Of a stretch of 64,000 nt of DNA, positions 47,701-61,379 are shown one piece after another (within the stretch, counting starts at the first letter, position 1; each line of letters starts with the position of its first letter). Under the pieces are notes generated by a model, which saw only the letters and a program-made list of their open reading frames with translations, was not told where the DNA came from and ran no database searches. This DNA comes from Anthoceros angustus (lineage: Eukaryota > Plantae > Anthocerotophyta): positions 248,001 to 312,000 of the forward strand of contig MU008165.1 in assembly GCA_010909165.1 (NCBI GenBank). The letters run 5' to 3'. The position numbers were made by a program, and so were the translations under genes.

Positions 47701-50450
47701 GACTCGGAATCAAACCAAGGTCCTCTTGAACGGAAGCATCAAGCTCACCAAATTGCATCTGGATGTGCCCGTTCTTTGGATTTGAGAACTCAAGAAGTCT
47801 AAGAAAGTGTACTTGGGAAGGTCCTCATCCTTTCTTGATTCGTCATCCTAAACAACAATGGGGAGTGAGAAGCCATAAGCCGACAAGGACATGACTCATA
47901 CGGAAGCGAGCTCACGCTTCTCACTATCTTCGCATCGGTTGGCGCAGGGAAGAGGTTGCGCCGAGATGGTAGCATCTATCTCGAATCGGGCGAAACAGAC
48001 CTCCCACCTAGCGATGGAAGCCGGTTGTACCATCTCAAAGGACAACTGCAATAATCCTAAGCAAGCTTCAACATGCTTCTCCACGTCCCTCATCAATTCC
48101 TCACCAATTCAAATGCACAAACAATGTGGATGGAGGATTTTACATCTTGGTTGTAAACCCTTTGGGCGGAGGTGGCCCATAGAAGCATCGCGAAACAGCC
48201 GGAACCGCACAATCACCACCGCCACATCACGGCCCTTGCGGACTCCTTGAGCTCTTGATCCCACAAACCCCTCTGCAGTTACCGCTCAGCCCAACATGAG
48301 CTCGTGCCGCATTGAACCGCGAAAACAAACACTCCTGCCGCCACCACGGCTTGCCATCTTCACTTCTCCCTCAAGTCGTCGTCCTCCCACCTCCTCCAAC
48401 ATCGCCGCACACCCACACCCTCCCACCGCACCAAGCTCCTCCCACACCGCCATCCTCCTACCTCCTCTCATATCGACCTCCCACCTCCTCCCACCCCGCC
48501 TACACCTCCTCCCACACCGCCACACACCTCCTCCCCACGCCACAAACCACACCCCCGCACGAAGGGCCTTTGTTGTCTTGTCATAAGTGAACCAATCAAT
48601 GGAAACACCTTTCAACTTCTCCACAAGAACTCCAAGTGCCATCTTCCTAGGAATGAACTTCCCCTCGGAGGGCCGCTTCCAAGATACACAAATCATCAAT
48701 GTTTTCCCACGCTGGAAATCACCTTGCACTTGAAACGCTGAGACCACTTGAACCCTTCGTTCTTCCCATATCGGCCCAAACACACTAACAATAAACTCGT
48801 CACCACCAATCGGTCCTTGAGAATATCGAGAATATCCCTAACATTAAAACCAAGACGACGAGTGTGCCATCTCCTTCTTTCCAGTCCGACATACAGCTTT
48901 CCTTGCAACTTCTTCACATGTTCGGTCCTTTCACGCACTTCCGGCTTCTTCAAGCGCCTTCAAACAAACTCAAGCTCCTCTTCAAAGACAGCCATCCAAG
49001 GCTATGCGATCCCGCAAGACCGAAAGCGAACAGTCAAGACCGGATCGCAAATGTGGTTTACATCAAATCCATGAAACCAGACAAACAATTGTAATAGAAG
49101 ATGAGCTCCCATCTTGCACGCCCTTCTCTAGCAACCACAACGAACATCCCTTCATCAATCACTTCCTTCTCTCCAACGGAGGTCCATCTCCAGCCCTTTG
49201 CTGTTATCTCCAGCCCGGATCCACCACATGATCCGCCTCCCACACCGCCACCATCCTCCCACACCACCGCCTCCCACACCACGCCTCCTCCCACACCGCC
49301 ACCGACCTCCCACACCCGCCTCCCACACCGCCTCCCACACCGCCGCCTCCCACCACCGCCACCGTCCTCCTCACCGCCGCCTCCCACACGCCTCCCACAC
49401 ACCGTCCTCCCACCGCCGCCTCCCACCTCCTCCCACACCCTCCCACCTCCCCCTCGGTACTCTCGCTGTGTGTTCATGGATGTGAGCATAGCAAGCTTAT
49501 CACCGCACATGCCGCATGGTGAGTAAAGGGCATTGATGGGGAACATAAAGTATTCGTGCATATCCACCTCCGAGTGAGCTACCAAGATTACAAGGTGGCA
49601 TGCGGACTCGGAATCCAAACCAAGGTCCTCTTGAACAAACATATTTGTCAAGCTCACCAAATTGCAGCCAGGATGTGCCCGTTTGGATTTGAGAACTCAA
49701 GAAGTCTAAGAAAGTGTACTTGGGAAGGTCCTCATCCTGCGATTGGGTCCCATCCTAAACAACAATGGGGAGTGAGAAGCCATAAGAAGGACATGACTCA
49801 TACAGAAACGAGCTCACGCTTCTCACCTATCTTCATCTCGTGCAGAAAAGGAAGAGGTTGCAGCCACCAGATGGTAGCATCTCCCGTCAACGCAACAGAC
49901 CTCCCACCTAGCGATGGCCCGCCATCTCAAAGGACAACTGCAATAATCCTAAGCAAGCTTCAACATGCTTCTCCACACCCTCATCAATTCCTCACCAATT
50001 CAAATGCACCGCCGGATGGAGGATTGTTTACACGGTTGTAAACCCTTTGGAGGCCATAGAAGCATCTCAAACATCCACGGGCACAATCACCACCGCCTCC
50101 CACTCTTGAGCTCTTGATCCCACAAACCTCGCCCTGCCACCCAGCCCAACATGAGCTCGTGCCGCATTGAACCGCAGACCGAAAACACGCCTCCCACCAC
50201 CGGCTTGCCATCTTCACTTCTCCCTCAAGTCGTCGTCCTCCCACCTCCTCCAACATCGCCGCACACCCACACCCTCCCACACCGCCGCACACCAAGCTCC
50301 TCCCACACCGCCATCCTCCTACCTCCTCTCATATCGCCGACCTCCCACCTCCTCCCACACCCCGCCTACACACCTCCTCCCACACCACACACCTCCTCCC
50401 ACACCGCCACAAACCCCGCCTCCCACGGCCGCAAACCCTCCCACACCGCC
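44790..50450. repeat. Compound tandem array: four copies of a ~600-bp block plus C-rich (CCTCCCACAC) tracts; the last two units are about 1.9 kb
   Basis: CCCCTCGGAGGG at 44904, 45686, 46759 and 48661; GGATCCACCACATGATCC recurs four times; 47600-48550 parallels 49500-50450. Confidence 0.88.
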
Positions 50451-50879
50451 TCCCACACGCCTCCCACACAGTGGAAACTCACCTCCCAGATCACCACCGA
50501 GTTCCCCATTCACCACCAACTTTCTCATTCTCCCACACCACCACCGACTTCCCCATTCTCCCACAACTTCTCCCATCTACCCTAAACACCCCCACACACA
50601 ATCAGGCAACCTTACCTTGATCTCGTGCTCCACTTCCACACTATCAAGGACATAAGCCACAACTAAACCCACGAACCACACTAAAACCCAACATCGAGAT
50701 ATTTTAATGTGTATGTGAAACAGGTTTAAAAAAAACCCCGTTTTTTCCACCATCTACTTAACAAGTTATCACTCCCTTTTTTGGATGGAAGTGCTACACC
50801 TAACCATGCATACACCCTAGTCTTCCACACAACTCCACAACAACATGCGTTAGCTCATGCCAATTAAGCTTGGAGGAGT

Positions 50880-52860
50880 CGCTTCCACACAAACTTCTCT
50901 CCACTCCCCCTCGATGTCCTTCCTGCGCAATACGAGCCCATTTCCACCACATTAATACCCACTAAAAACCTACAACCCGTCTCATACTTATATCACTACA
51001 ATAGAGCTTTAATAATATGAGATAATGAAAAAAACTGAAAGATTTTAACTTGCTAATTGATTACTATCTACATCCTACGATAAGAGAATTAAGCTAAAAA
51101 TGAAAAGAAAATTGATTCAATTAATTCATTTAAAAGGATGAAAAGCATAAGTGATGAGTCTTTGAGGGATTAAACTTAAGTATCTAATAAATGAGATGAG
51201 TGTTAGTTAGATATTAGAATGAGCACTCGCTAATTAAAGAGACTGACTCGCTAATTTTTTATTTTTATCGAATAGGTTGGATATTTTCAACGTGGGTCTT
51301 CAAAGAGCATAGCTAATCGAATTAAGTATGAGGACACTGAAGGGTCTTATAAGAGAAGAGATTCTCCACAAGCCAAGTCCACAACAATATGCGTTTTTAG
51401 GTCATGCCAATTAAGTTTGGATTAGTCTTTCCCTCAAACTTCTCTTCCTTCTCCCTCGACTTCCGCCTTTCACACAGTGAGCTTCACTTTTACCACCCAC
51501 GAGCCAGCTCAACAACAACATGCATTAGGTCATGCTAATTAAGCTTGGATGAGTCGCTTCCACACAAACTTCTCTCCACTCCCCCTCGATGTCCTTCTGC
51601 GCAATTTCCACCACATTAATTACCACTAAAACCTACACGTCTCATACTTATATCACTACAATAGAGCTTTAATAATATGAGATAATGAAAAAACTGAAAG
51701 ATTTTAACTTGCTAATTGATTACTATCTACATCCTACGATAAGAATTAAGCTAAAAATGAAAAGAAAATTGATTCAATTAATTCATTTAAAAGGATGAAA
51801 AGCATAAGTGATGAGTCTTTGAGGATTAAACTTAAGTATCTAATAAATGAGATGAGTGTTAGTTAGATATTAGAATGAGCACTCGCTAATTAAAAGGACT
51901 GACTCGCTAATTTTTTATTTTTATCGAATAGGTTGGATATTTTCAACCGTGGGTCTTCAAAGAGCATAGCTAATCGAATTAAGTATGAGGACAAGGGTCT
52001 TATATAAGAGATTCTCCACAAGCCAAGTCCACAACAATATGCTTTTAGGTCATGCCAATTAAGTTTGGATTAGTCTTTCCTCAAACTTCTTCCTTCTCCC
52101 TCGACTTCCGCCTTTCACACAGTAGGCTTCACTTTTACCACCCACGAGCCAGCTCAACAACAACATGCATTAGGTCATGCTAATTAAGCTTGGATGAGTC
52201 ACTTCCATACAAACTTCTCTCCACTCCCCCTCGATGTCCTTCTGCGCAATTTCCACCACATTAATTACCACTAAAACCTACACGTCTCATACTTATATCA
52301 CTACAATAGAGCTTTAATAATATGAGATAATGAAAAAAACTGAAAGATTTTAACTTGCTAATTGATTACTATCTACATCCTACGATAAGAGAATTAAGCT
52401 AAAAATGAAAAGAAAATTGATTCAATTAATTCATTTAAAAGGATGAAAAGCATAAGTGATGAGTCTTTGAGGGATTAAACTTAAGTATCTAATAAATGAG
52501 ATGAGTGTTAGTTAGATATTAGAATGAGCACTCGCTAATTAAAAGGACGAAAGCTCGCTAATTTTTTATTTTATCGAATAGGTTGGATATTTTCAACCGT
52601 GGGGTCTTCCAAAGAGCATAGCTAATCGAATTAAGTATGAGGACACTGAAGGGTCTTATAAGAGAAGAGATTCTCCACAAGCCAAGTCCACAACAATATG
52701 CGTTTTTAGGTCATGCCAATTAAGTTTGGATTAGTCTTTCCCTCAAACTTCTCTTCCTTCTCCCTCGACTTCCGCCTTTCACACAGCGAGCTTCACTTTT
52801 ACCACCCACGAGCCAGCTCAACAACAACATGCATTAGGTCATGCTAATTAAGCTTGGATG
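50880..52860. repeat. ~650-660 bp AT-rich tandem repeat x3
   Basis: CTCATACTTATATCACTACA at 50981, 51641 and 52286. Confidence 0.93.
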
Positions 52861-53165
52861 AGTCACTTCCATACAAACTTCTCTCCACTATCACCATGCT
52901 TCCCCCCTTTCACAATGCAATCGCACTTTCACTACCCCTAAGACAGCTCCACAACAACATGCGTTAGGTCATGCCGATTAAGCTTGGAAGAGTCTTCCAC
53001 AAAAACTTCTCTCCAGTCTCTCCTTTCACAATGGGAGCCCACTTACACCACCCACAAGCCAGCTCCACAACAACTGCATAAGGTCTTGCCAGTTAAGCTT
53101 GGAAGAGTCGCTTCCACACAAACTTAGAACTCTCAACTCTCTTTGGACTCCCCCCTTTCACAATG
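52830..53165. repeat. ~130-bp satellite-like monomers, continuing at 63717-64000 on the far side of the CACTA element
   Basis: AGGTC(A/T)TGC..ATTAAGCTTGGA cores at 52836, 52966, 53081, 63767 and 63961. Confidence 0.8.
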
Positions 53166-55569
53166 CCCTACTAGAAATGGCCCCCTATGTTACAGTCGTT
53201 GTTGCAATTTTATGTTACACTTGTAACTTGCAACATCATTTGGAGGCTTAGTATTAAGTTTGTCATTTCTTTCCGCATTGGGCCTACAATCTTAACACGA
53301 ACCTTGCTCTCTCCTACCACTTCACCCTCTTAACTACATCCCCTCTCTCATACGCATTGTTTATGAATTCCCTCATGCAAATGCAACATAGTATAACAAG
53401 GACCCCTCTCTCTCTTCTCTATCAGGTCCCCTCTTTATTACACCCCATTGGAGTACAATTAGTTAATGTTTTTCCTATTGCTCTTCATTGCACTCTCTCT
53501 TCACAACTATTGTTAATGGCCCAAACACGGATATCACACTAATTGCTCATTAATTGTCTCTCATTAATTGTCTCCTTCCTCTACCACGTGACCATAATTC
53601 CTATATCAACCTTTTTCCCTACCATAGCTATTATTGGCTTGTATACTAATTGTTTATGGCTTACCATAGCTATTATTCGCTTGTATACTAATTGTTTATG
53701 GCTTTTGCACGATATCTTGGTAGAGATAGAATACACATTACCTTCATACGTCGGTACCTACTTGTAGATCTGGATTTACCTTCATACGTCTGGTACCTAC
53801 TTGTAGGTATTTGTACATGAATTTGGATTATCTGATATTTTTATTTCCAATACACAGATATCGTTCTCTTTTCTTTGGTCTTTGGCTATCGCACATTCTT
53901 GGCCGCCTCTTACCTCTTGTTCTTGCGGTTGCAAAATCGTTTACTTAGCGGCTTGAACACGCGACCGCTTGTTCGTCACCATCTGCCTCCTCCACTCCAC
54001 CAACTGAGTGCATGGACAACTAGGTTCCTTTATACATACATACCTTGATGTCACGAAATTGGGAAAGGGTGGTACATGAGGACTAATCCCATGCTTTTGT
54101 CCACCCGCAACCGTAATGGTCGTCGTTTCCCCAACCCGTCTGCTGGTCGTCTTTTCACACATGCCAAACCTAGCAATCGTATTTCAACCCACACCTACCA
54201 GAATTCTCGCTTGTGTCACAAAACAAAGATGTCACAATTATGCATTCTTGAGTCATCGATCTGGCAGCCACAAGCTTCTCCCTTTCGGCCTTCACATCAC
54301 CACTGCGCTCAACCACCACATTCATCTAGATGGCTAACTCGAAGCCCTCACTTTCTTCCTACATAAAACTAAATCCTATGCTACTTAGGCTTCAGACACC
54401 CCTACACTCATTGGTTGTCCTCGGAAGATTCTTCTTCTTCTTCGTGTAGAACCCCGCTGCTTTCTTCCTTTGCTTGTTGGTGTCATGCTTGGTGCCCTTT
54501 CTCTTCCCTTGCTCACGCCTGCTGTGCTCCCACACATCCTTCCACCGGCTTCCTTCTTTTACGACCACCATGGCTGCAAGAGCACAGAAGATTTCGCCCA
54601 TTGCATCACCATTTGCATGACATGTTACACATTTGCCCTTACACTTTTCGACACGCTCCAGGTGATCCTCCGTGTCGGTGCCACCACTTCCACGTTGTCC
54701 CCCTTCTTCCACCTGCCCACCAGCAACTCTTCCTCCCTCTCCCTCGTTGTCCCCCACCCTCTTCAACGCCTCGTGTATTGTCCCTCGCCGGCCCATTGCT
54801 TCCTCTTGCATTCCTGTCCAAGCATCCATGCCACCTGTGTGATCACATCACGACAAGCTGCTGCGCCTCGCCACTTGCCTCTCACCGCCACCGCCATGCC
54901 TTTTCCTTACCTCTCCAATACTCCGGCATGTTCTCCAAGCCATTCCTCGGCCCACCGCAGCCTCCTCTACCGCTGCGCCCTCCCCACCGCTGTACGAACT
55001 TCCTTTCAAAATCTTTCGCCCTAGTGGACCAAAGGATTGGTCCCTTGATCATGCTTTGCTGCCAGACGCGGCAGGCCGAGGTGTTGGCCACACCCCCATT
55101 CTTGTGCAACGTAACACCCCTGCCTCCACTTCCTCCATGCCTTCATAGACATTCGGCGGATGGAGCCATTTCGCATCCTTACCCTTCTCCTCCATATCAA
55201 TGCAGCGCCTCACCTTCTTCCCTACGCTAGTTCCTTGTCCGTGATGCACCGCAAACCTCGCCACAATCTCATCCCGGCCGACACGGAAACTCAATCTCTA
55301 CCATACTCACCAGCCTCTCCCGCACTCGTCATGGCTTGTCCACGCACCATCAACGCCATCTTCGCACACTAGCTCCAAGACGCTGATGGAAGGCCCTCCT
55401 CAACAGTCCTTCTTCATCCTCCACCGCGCACCGATCCTCATTTTCGACCCAACCTCCATCGCGTACGATACCATAAACACTCCTCCCGCCTGTGGAGCTC
55501 ATAATACAAAGAATGACGCTGCCGAGTTGCCACTGTGGTGAGTTCTCCATCTCTGCCGGAGTTGCATGG

Positions 55570-57205
55570 TGGGGACGTGCCCTGTCACCCGTTCTTCCAT
55601 CTCACCCACCTCACCTCATCTCGCACTTGTCCTCCCTCGCCATTTCCATCCGCCTGAGTCGGGCTGCCCCGCGCCGCTTGCCCCTCAACCCCGTCCTCAT
55701 CTCCCACATCCGGTTGTTCTTCACAAGTGGAGGTCGGGAGCATGCCCTTCCTCTCCTTGGCTCAAGTGCACCTCGCTCGCATTGCCGTCGGCATAGGCAA
55801 GTGGTCCCCGCTCCGGGGAGTAGGATGGGCGCCCTGAGGCGCACTTGTTAGGGCATCCATGCCACAAGGCGGGGGACCTGCCCTCCCGAGGACCGCCACC
55901 GCTTCCACGGGAAGGGCCACCCACCCAGAGGACCAAAATCCTCCGGAGCAGCCAAGAACTAGCCCATAGGAGCGGTGCGCCCTCCCCGGGGTTGATGGTC
56001 GGAAGCATCTTCCTTCCCATCCCCACCCTCGGCAGGGGCAACTTGCCGGGCATCGCCATCACCGCCTCCTCCGCAACCTTGGAAGGAACACTTGCTCGCC
56101 CATCTTCATGGTGGCGCCCCCAGTCCGTTGTCACTGTGCCACCTCCGCCACGCCTCTCCCGCCGCCCGCATGGAGCCGCCTCGGAGTCGGCCGTCTCGGC
56201 CTCGGGCTTGCCCCTCAACCCTGTCCTCATCTCCCACATCCGGTTGTTCTTCACGGTGGAGGTCGGGAGCATGCCCTCTCCTTGGCTCGCGTGCACCTCG
56301 CTCGCATTGCTCGGCATAGGCAAGTGGTCCCCGCTCCTCGGGGAGGCGGATGGGGCCCGAGGCGCACGTTAGGGCATCCATGCCACAAGGCGGGGGACGG
56401 TGTTCGCTCCTCCCAGGGACCGACCACCGCTCCACGGGAAGGGCCACCTCACCCAGAGGACCAAAATCCCCTGGAGCAGCCAACGGCCCATAGGGCGGTG
56501 CGCTCCCTCCCGGCGGGGGTTGATGGTGGGAAGCATCTTCCTTCCCATCCCCACCCTCGGCAGGGGCAACTTGCCGGGCATCGCCATCACCGCCTCCTCC
56601 GCAACCTTGGAAGGAACACTTGCTCGCCCATCTTCATGGTGGCGCCCCCAGTCCGTTGTCACTGTGCCACCTCCGCCACGCCTCTCCCGCCGCCCGCATG
56701 GAGCCGCCTCGGAGTCGGCCGTCTCGGCCTCGGGCTTGCCCCTCAACCCTGTCCTCATCTCCCACATCCGGTTGTTCTTCACGGTGGAGGTCGGGAGCAT
56801 GCCCTCTCCTTGGCTCGCGTGCACCTCGCTCGCATTGCTCGGCATAGGCAAGTGGTCCCCGCTCCTCGGGGAGGCGGATGGGGCCCGAGGCGCACGTTAG
56901 GGCATCCATGCCACAAGGCGGGGGACGGTGTTCGCTCCTCCCAGGGACCGACCACCGCTCCACGGGAAGGGCCACCTCACCCAGAGGACCAAAATCCCCT
57001 GGAGCAGCCAACGGCCCATAGGGCGGTGCGCTCCCTCCCGGCGGGGGTTGATGGTGGGAAGCATCTTCCTTCCCATCCCCACCCTCGGCAGGGGCAACTT
57101 CGGCATCGCCATCACGCCTCCTCCGCAACCTTGGAAGGACACTTGCCGCCATCTTCATGGTGGCGCTCCCAGTCCGTTGTCACTGTGCCACCTCCGCCAC
57201 GCCCT
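55570..57205. repeat. ~528-bp GC-rich tandem repeat, about 3 copies, inside the CACTA element
   Basis: CCCCTCAACCC at 55681, 56211 and 56739; the 420-aa ORF 56108-57370 repeats with a 176-aa period. Confidence 0.92.
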
Positions 57206-57499
57206 CTCACAGCCGTCTCGGATGGAGCGCCCGGCCTCTATGGGTCCACCACCGCTTTACCTCCCGGCCGGCTTCCCACCGCCGGAGCTGACACTTCCAT
57301 GACGACCGTGTCCGCGCATGTGGTCCCCTCTCACTGCTTGCTCACCACCAGCCGTGCAATACGCTTATAGCCATTGCCACCGCCGCGTACTACGGACGCC
57401 CTCCGCGCGGCCGGTTTAACGCCATCTTCACCGCTGGTGTGTCACGGTTGAAGTCGGGTTAGGTTAGGATGCCCGCCCAAATCCTCAAGTCCACGTCCC

Positions 57500-59400
57500 A
57501 CACCATCTTTATAACCGCAAGTAGAAAGTCTGAGCAGGGCCATGACAAAAGAATTGCAACGATCAACCATCCAAACAGCATTTCAAACTACGAGCAGCCG
57601 ATTTTGCACGCCATAGCAGACACCCAGTTTTGGGACTCGACGGATTGCAAGTGAGGGGCCTGCTGCATGTTGATTGGCCGGAGGACTTGATTCACTGTAT
57701 TCTTCGGACTTGAAGAAAGAAATATATGCGGTTTTAGGAGGTGGCTTCCGGCGACGCGGACGGTGACGCGGGCTGGTACAATGGAGTGGCAGTATCGCCC
57801 ACCACCGCCCGCCATCTTCGTCGATGTCATCAAGATATGGCGCCAGAGTGAACGCGACCCCGCGGACTCGCGCCATCGAGGCCGGTTTGAACTCAAGGTC
57901 GGCCTTGTTTGTAGACCTCCCATACCGCGCGGTTTGCCGAAATGGGCACCAAAGGACGTTATGCACGAGAAAACAACGCCAAGCCATTTGGCATACGCTG
58001 ACAGAGACCGAGATGACATAGCCTCATGGATGGACATGGAAGCGAGTGGAGGGAAAGGGTGGTTATGGCTCAGAGAGAGGATGGCCATTCGGCCGCATAT
58101 GTCCCGGGTCGAGAGGAATCAAACGGTTATTATGAAATGAAACGATAAAGTCCAACGGGTACGGATCTAACATAGCGCGAAAATCGCGAGCGCAAGGTTA
58201 GAGTCAAGTGCCATGACCGGCACATAATGATGGAAGTAGTCTTCCCTATTGTCCTCCGAGGGTATAGACCCCGATGTGTACAAGGCGGTGGTCAAGTTAG
58301 GGTCAGATGTGGATTTGCCAATGACAATACCGCCATGAAATCCAAGCAATGAAAGAGGAGGCAGCGAGGGTGATGTGCGATCCGGAAAAGCAATTCCTCC
58401 AAAATGTTTGATATATCGACTCACCGATAATCCATCTAGTGGACGAGGTAGCGGTTTTGACCGTGCACACGAGGTGGATGTACCGTCGAAAGATACCTTG
58501 GGACGAGGAAGCGATCCGGTGGCGAGGCCGGAGGCGATAGCGGGGTACTTGAAGGAGGAGAGCATGCACTATGGGATGGCATTTTGCGGCGTTATTATGG
58601 TCACGTTGGAGGGCTATGGAGTGCGAGCGAGCGAGACGGAGAGAAGGTGCTCGGTCTTTGGGAGGTCAGACAAATTGGATGCCGTGGAGGCACCAGCGCA
58701 TATGTGTTGTACCACATGGAGGTGATGCACCGCTTTCTAGATATGTACGAGGAAGAGGTCGGGAGGTATGGTTCACGTGGAGACCGGCGAACTTTCAAGG
58801 TCTGCATGCGGAAGGGCTGCCAACGCATGGGAGAATCACGGCCATATGATGAAGTGCGCGCTATCATGGACGGTCCACGAATGGAGGCGAGCTTATCGGC
58901 ATATGTGGAACAAAGGCAGCCACCTTAGAACGATAGAGGCAGATAGACGGCGCCGGAGCACTAAGGACAGTGCGGTGCTCGCAAAATTTATAATGAGCGG
59001 GACAGGGGCAGATGAAGGTTGTGAAGGAGAGCGAGTGTTTTATGGTCACATACAGGAAATTTTGCGCGTGCACTTCTGGGAGGAGTACAAGCCTGTTATG
59101 CGTTGAAGGTTCGTTGGTACGAGTGTGAGCCGAGTGGACCCAGGCCATCATTGCGGACATCGTACACTGGATTCGACCTGGTGAACATGGAGAGACTTTG
59201 CACATACAGGGTGCGCTCCATCGATGGCCCATTTGTGTGGCCCTCACAGGTAACCCAATGCATGCTACATCCAGAGACGATGGATGAAAACATCGGGTGG
59301 CGTTCCCGCACCGACGGGATGGAGGGTAGGAACCCATGGATTGAGGCGATAGGAATGATCGAATTGGGGTAGAGATGATGACGCAAGTGACGGGTTTGCC
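57500..59400 (+). pseudogene. CACTA TnpD/TNP2-type transposase remnant (C-terminal DUF4216-like region)
   Basis: HLRTIEADRRRRSTKDSAV...VFYGHIQEILRVHF...LKVRWY...GFDLVNM...DGPFVWPSQVTQC, in frameshifted ORFs 58768-59372. Confidence 0.75.
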
Positions 59401-61379
59401 GACCTCCATAATATGGCGGGCTTGCGGGCATATTAATCCTCCATATATGAAACGAATAAACGCGTCAAAGACAATAACACTAAATGCCTCGAATGCACAT
59501 TGGTGACACTGCACTGGTGGTAGGTCAAAGTCAATGAACAAGGGATATGAGTGCGAAGCGGCGTCCGGGCCATGTTTCGCAATTGCCTCAAGGACGCCAA
59601 GGATGGCTCATATGTTTCAAATCTAAGGCCACGTGGGACAGAGTGCACGATACCGCCATGAGGGACGAAGGAAGGAAAAGGTTGCCTACAGAGGGAGCCA
59701 AAAATTGGGAAGGAAGGCTGAACGCATGCATGTAAAATGGCGTGAGACGGATAGAGGTGGCCAAGGATGTCGACCGATGCGGCCACGAACCTACCACAAT
59801 CGGGAGGGCGTACGACGGCGCGACAGAGACCGAGGAAGGTGGAGGGATGAGGAGGGTAGGTCGTCTTGCCTATCCTCCTCATCCGCCCCATCCACCTTCC
59901 GGCTCAATCGGCGAGCACGGTGGGAGGAGGCTGCCGCCGCGCAAAGGAGGCAACAAAGCGTGAAGGAGGGAAGCGATGCGGGCATGTAGGTTCAGTTCGA
60001 TGACGCCGAAACTTGGCACCTTCCATCCCCGACGACGACGACTGAAGCAATGCAGCTGCGCAGGACATGGACCAAGAAAGCGAAATGTCGGACTGTTAGT
60101 GTGTTGTGGCACACGGATGATATCGTGACGCCACGCAACACATTGTACGGTGTCCGATATATAGACCAGATCCGGGATGAACGCTCATTTCCATGTGCAT
60201 TGTGTGAATGCGTTGGATGTGCGAAGGCGATGGATGGCAAGTAGGGGGAATGGGAACTATCAAGGGAAGAGGAGAACAACCCGTCACGCCCGATCATGGA
60301 GGGAGTTGGATGTAAGAGAGGAGGACGAAATGCGGGAATGCGAGAAGGTAAGCACAGTGCAACGACGGTCGGAGGGAGGGAGGACAGCAGAAGGACCGAC
60401 GGGTGCAGAGGCCCTAGAAAGGGAATGGCGGGCGGAATTTGTTGCGGTGGAGGTGTCATATCAACCGCCAAGGCGGAAGGACAGGCACAATAGATGTGAA
60501 TGCCCTCGTAAATGGTGTTGATAACGAGGCCTTGGTGAATGCTTTGCTGCACAAGCATGGAGTGAAATGGCTGAGGCATGATGTGAGTTGTGAAAGGCGG
60601 CAGGCACACCGTTGTTCGTGGGCTAAGCGAAGGAGACACGAAGAAATCTGGAGCTAGTCGGGACAAAGGTTGTGAACAGGGTACGACAAGGTGGAGGGAC
60701 GTTCCAAAAAGCGAGAAGGCCCGGTTAATCAAGTGTGTGGCGGAAGCCTTCCCAGTTAGTCTTTGAAGTCGTGCATAAGTAGACATTTCTCTCAAATGAC
60801 GCGGACGCGCAATGCCAGATGTGTGGATGCTGCGAAGGCCGTTCTTGGAAGAGAGGGAAAAGGGGAACTACCTCGAATAGGAAACCTTCCATGGTGGGCG
60901 ATGAAGAGTGGGAAGATGCCTTAGCATGGGCACGACACGAGCTGAAAAGGAACGGCCGCTTTCACCATCCAAGCACGAAATAGCAGCGAAGGAGAGACTA
61001 GCGAAATGGCGGTATGGGTCCAAACCCGTGGGGAAAGGGAGGTCAGGGTGTTGCGGTTTCACAAGCGGTATGGCACGTATCCCGCAGATGACGAGGCAGT
61101 ATGGCATGCTAGAAGGAACGACAAACATGGAAGCGCTGGGCCCGCGAAGGCGATTCGGTGCGGAGTTCCTCGACGTGTGAGGGAGGCAAAGTATGGACGA
61201 ACCCACGAGATGCGTGAGATTGCCGGATAACGCGGAAAGGATCGCTGGTCAATGATATAGAGTTGGAGAAGGATCCCGATCTCGTGGCCTTCCAAGGAGG
61301 AGGATAGTGGAATGGGTCAATCCTTCCGGACAAGGGGCGCTAGATGTGAGGCGGAAGCCATTCGAAGTGGGGAGCCACA

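Noticed and set aside
45114-50655. Many His/Pro/Thr-rich or Gly/Val/Trp-rich ORFs
   Set aside because: Products of C-rich low-complexity tracts lacking stops; no coding signal beyond the repeat.
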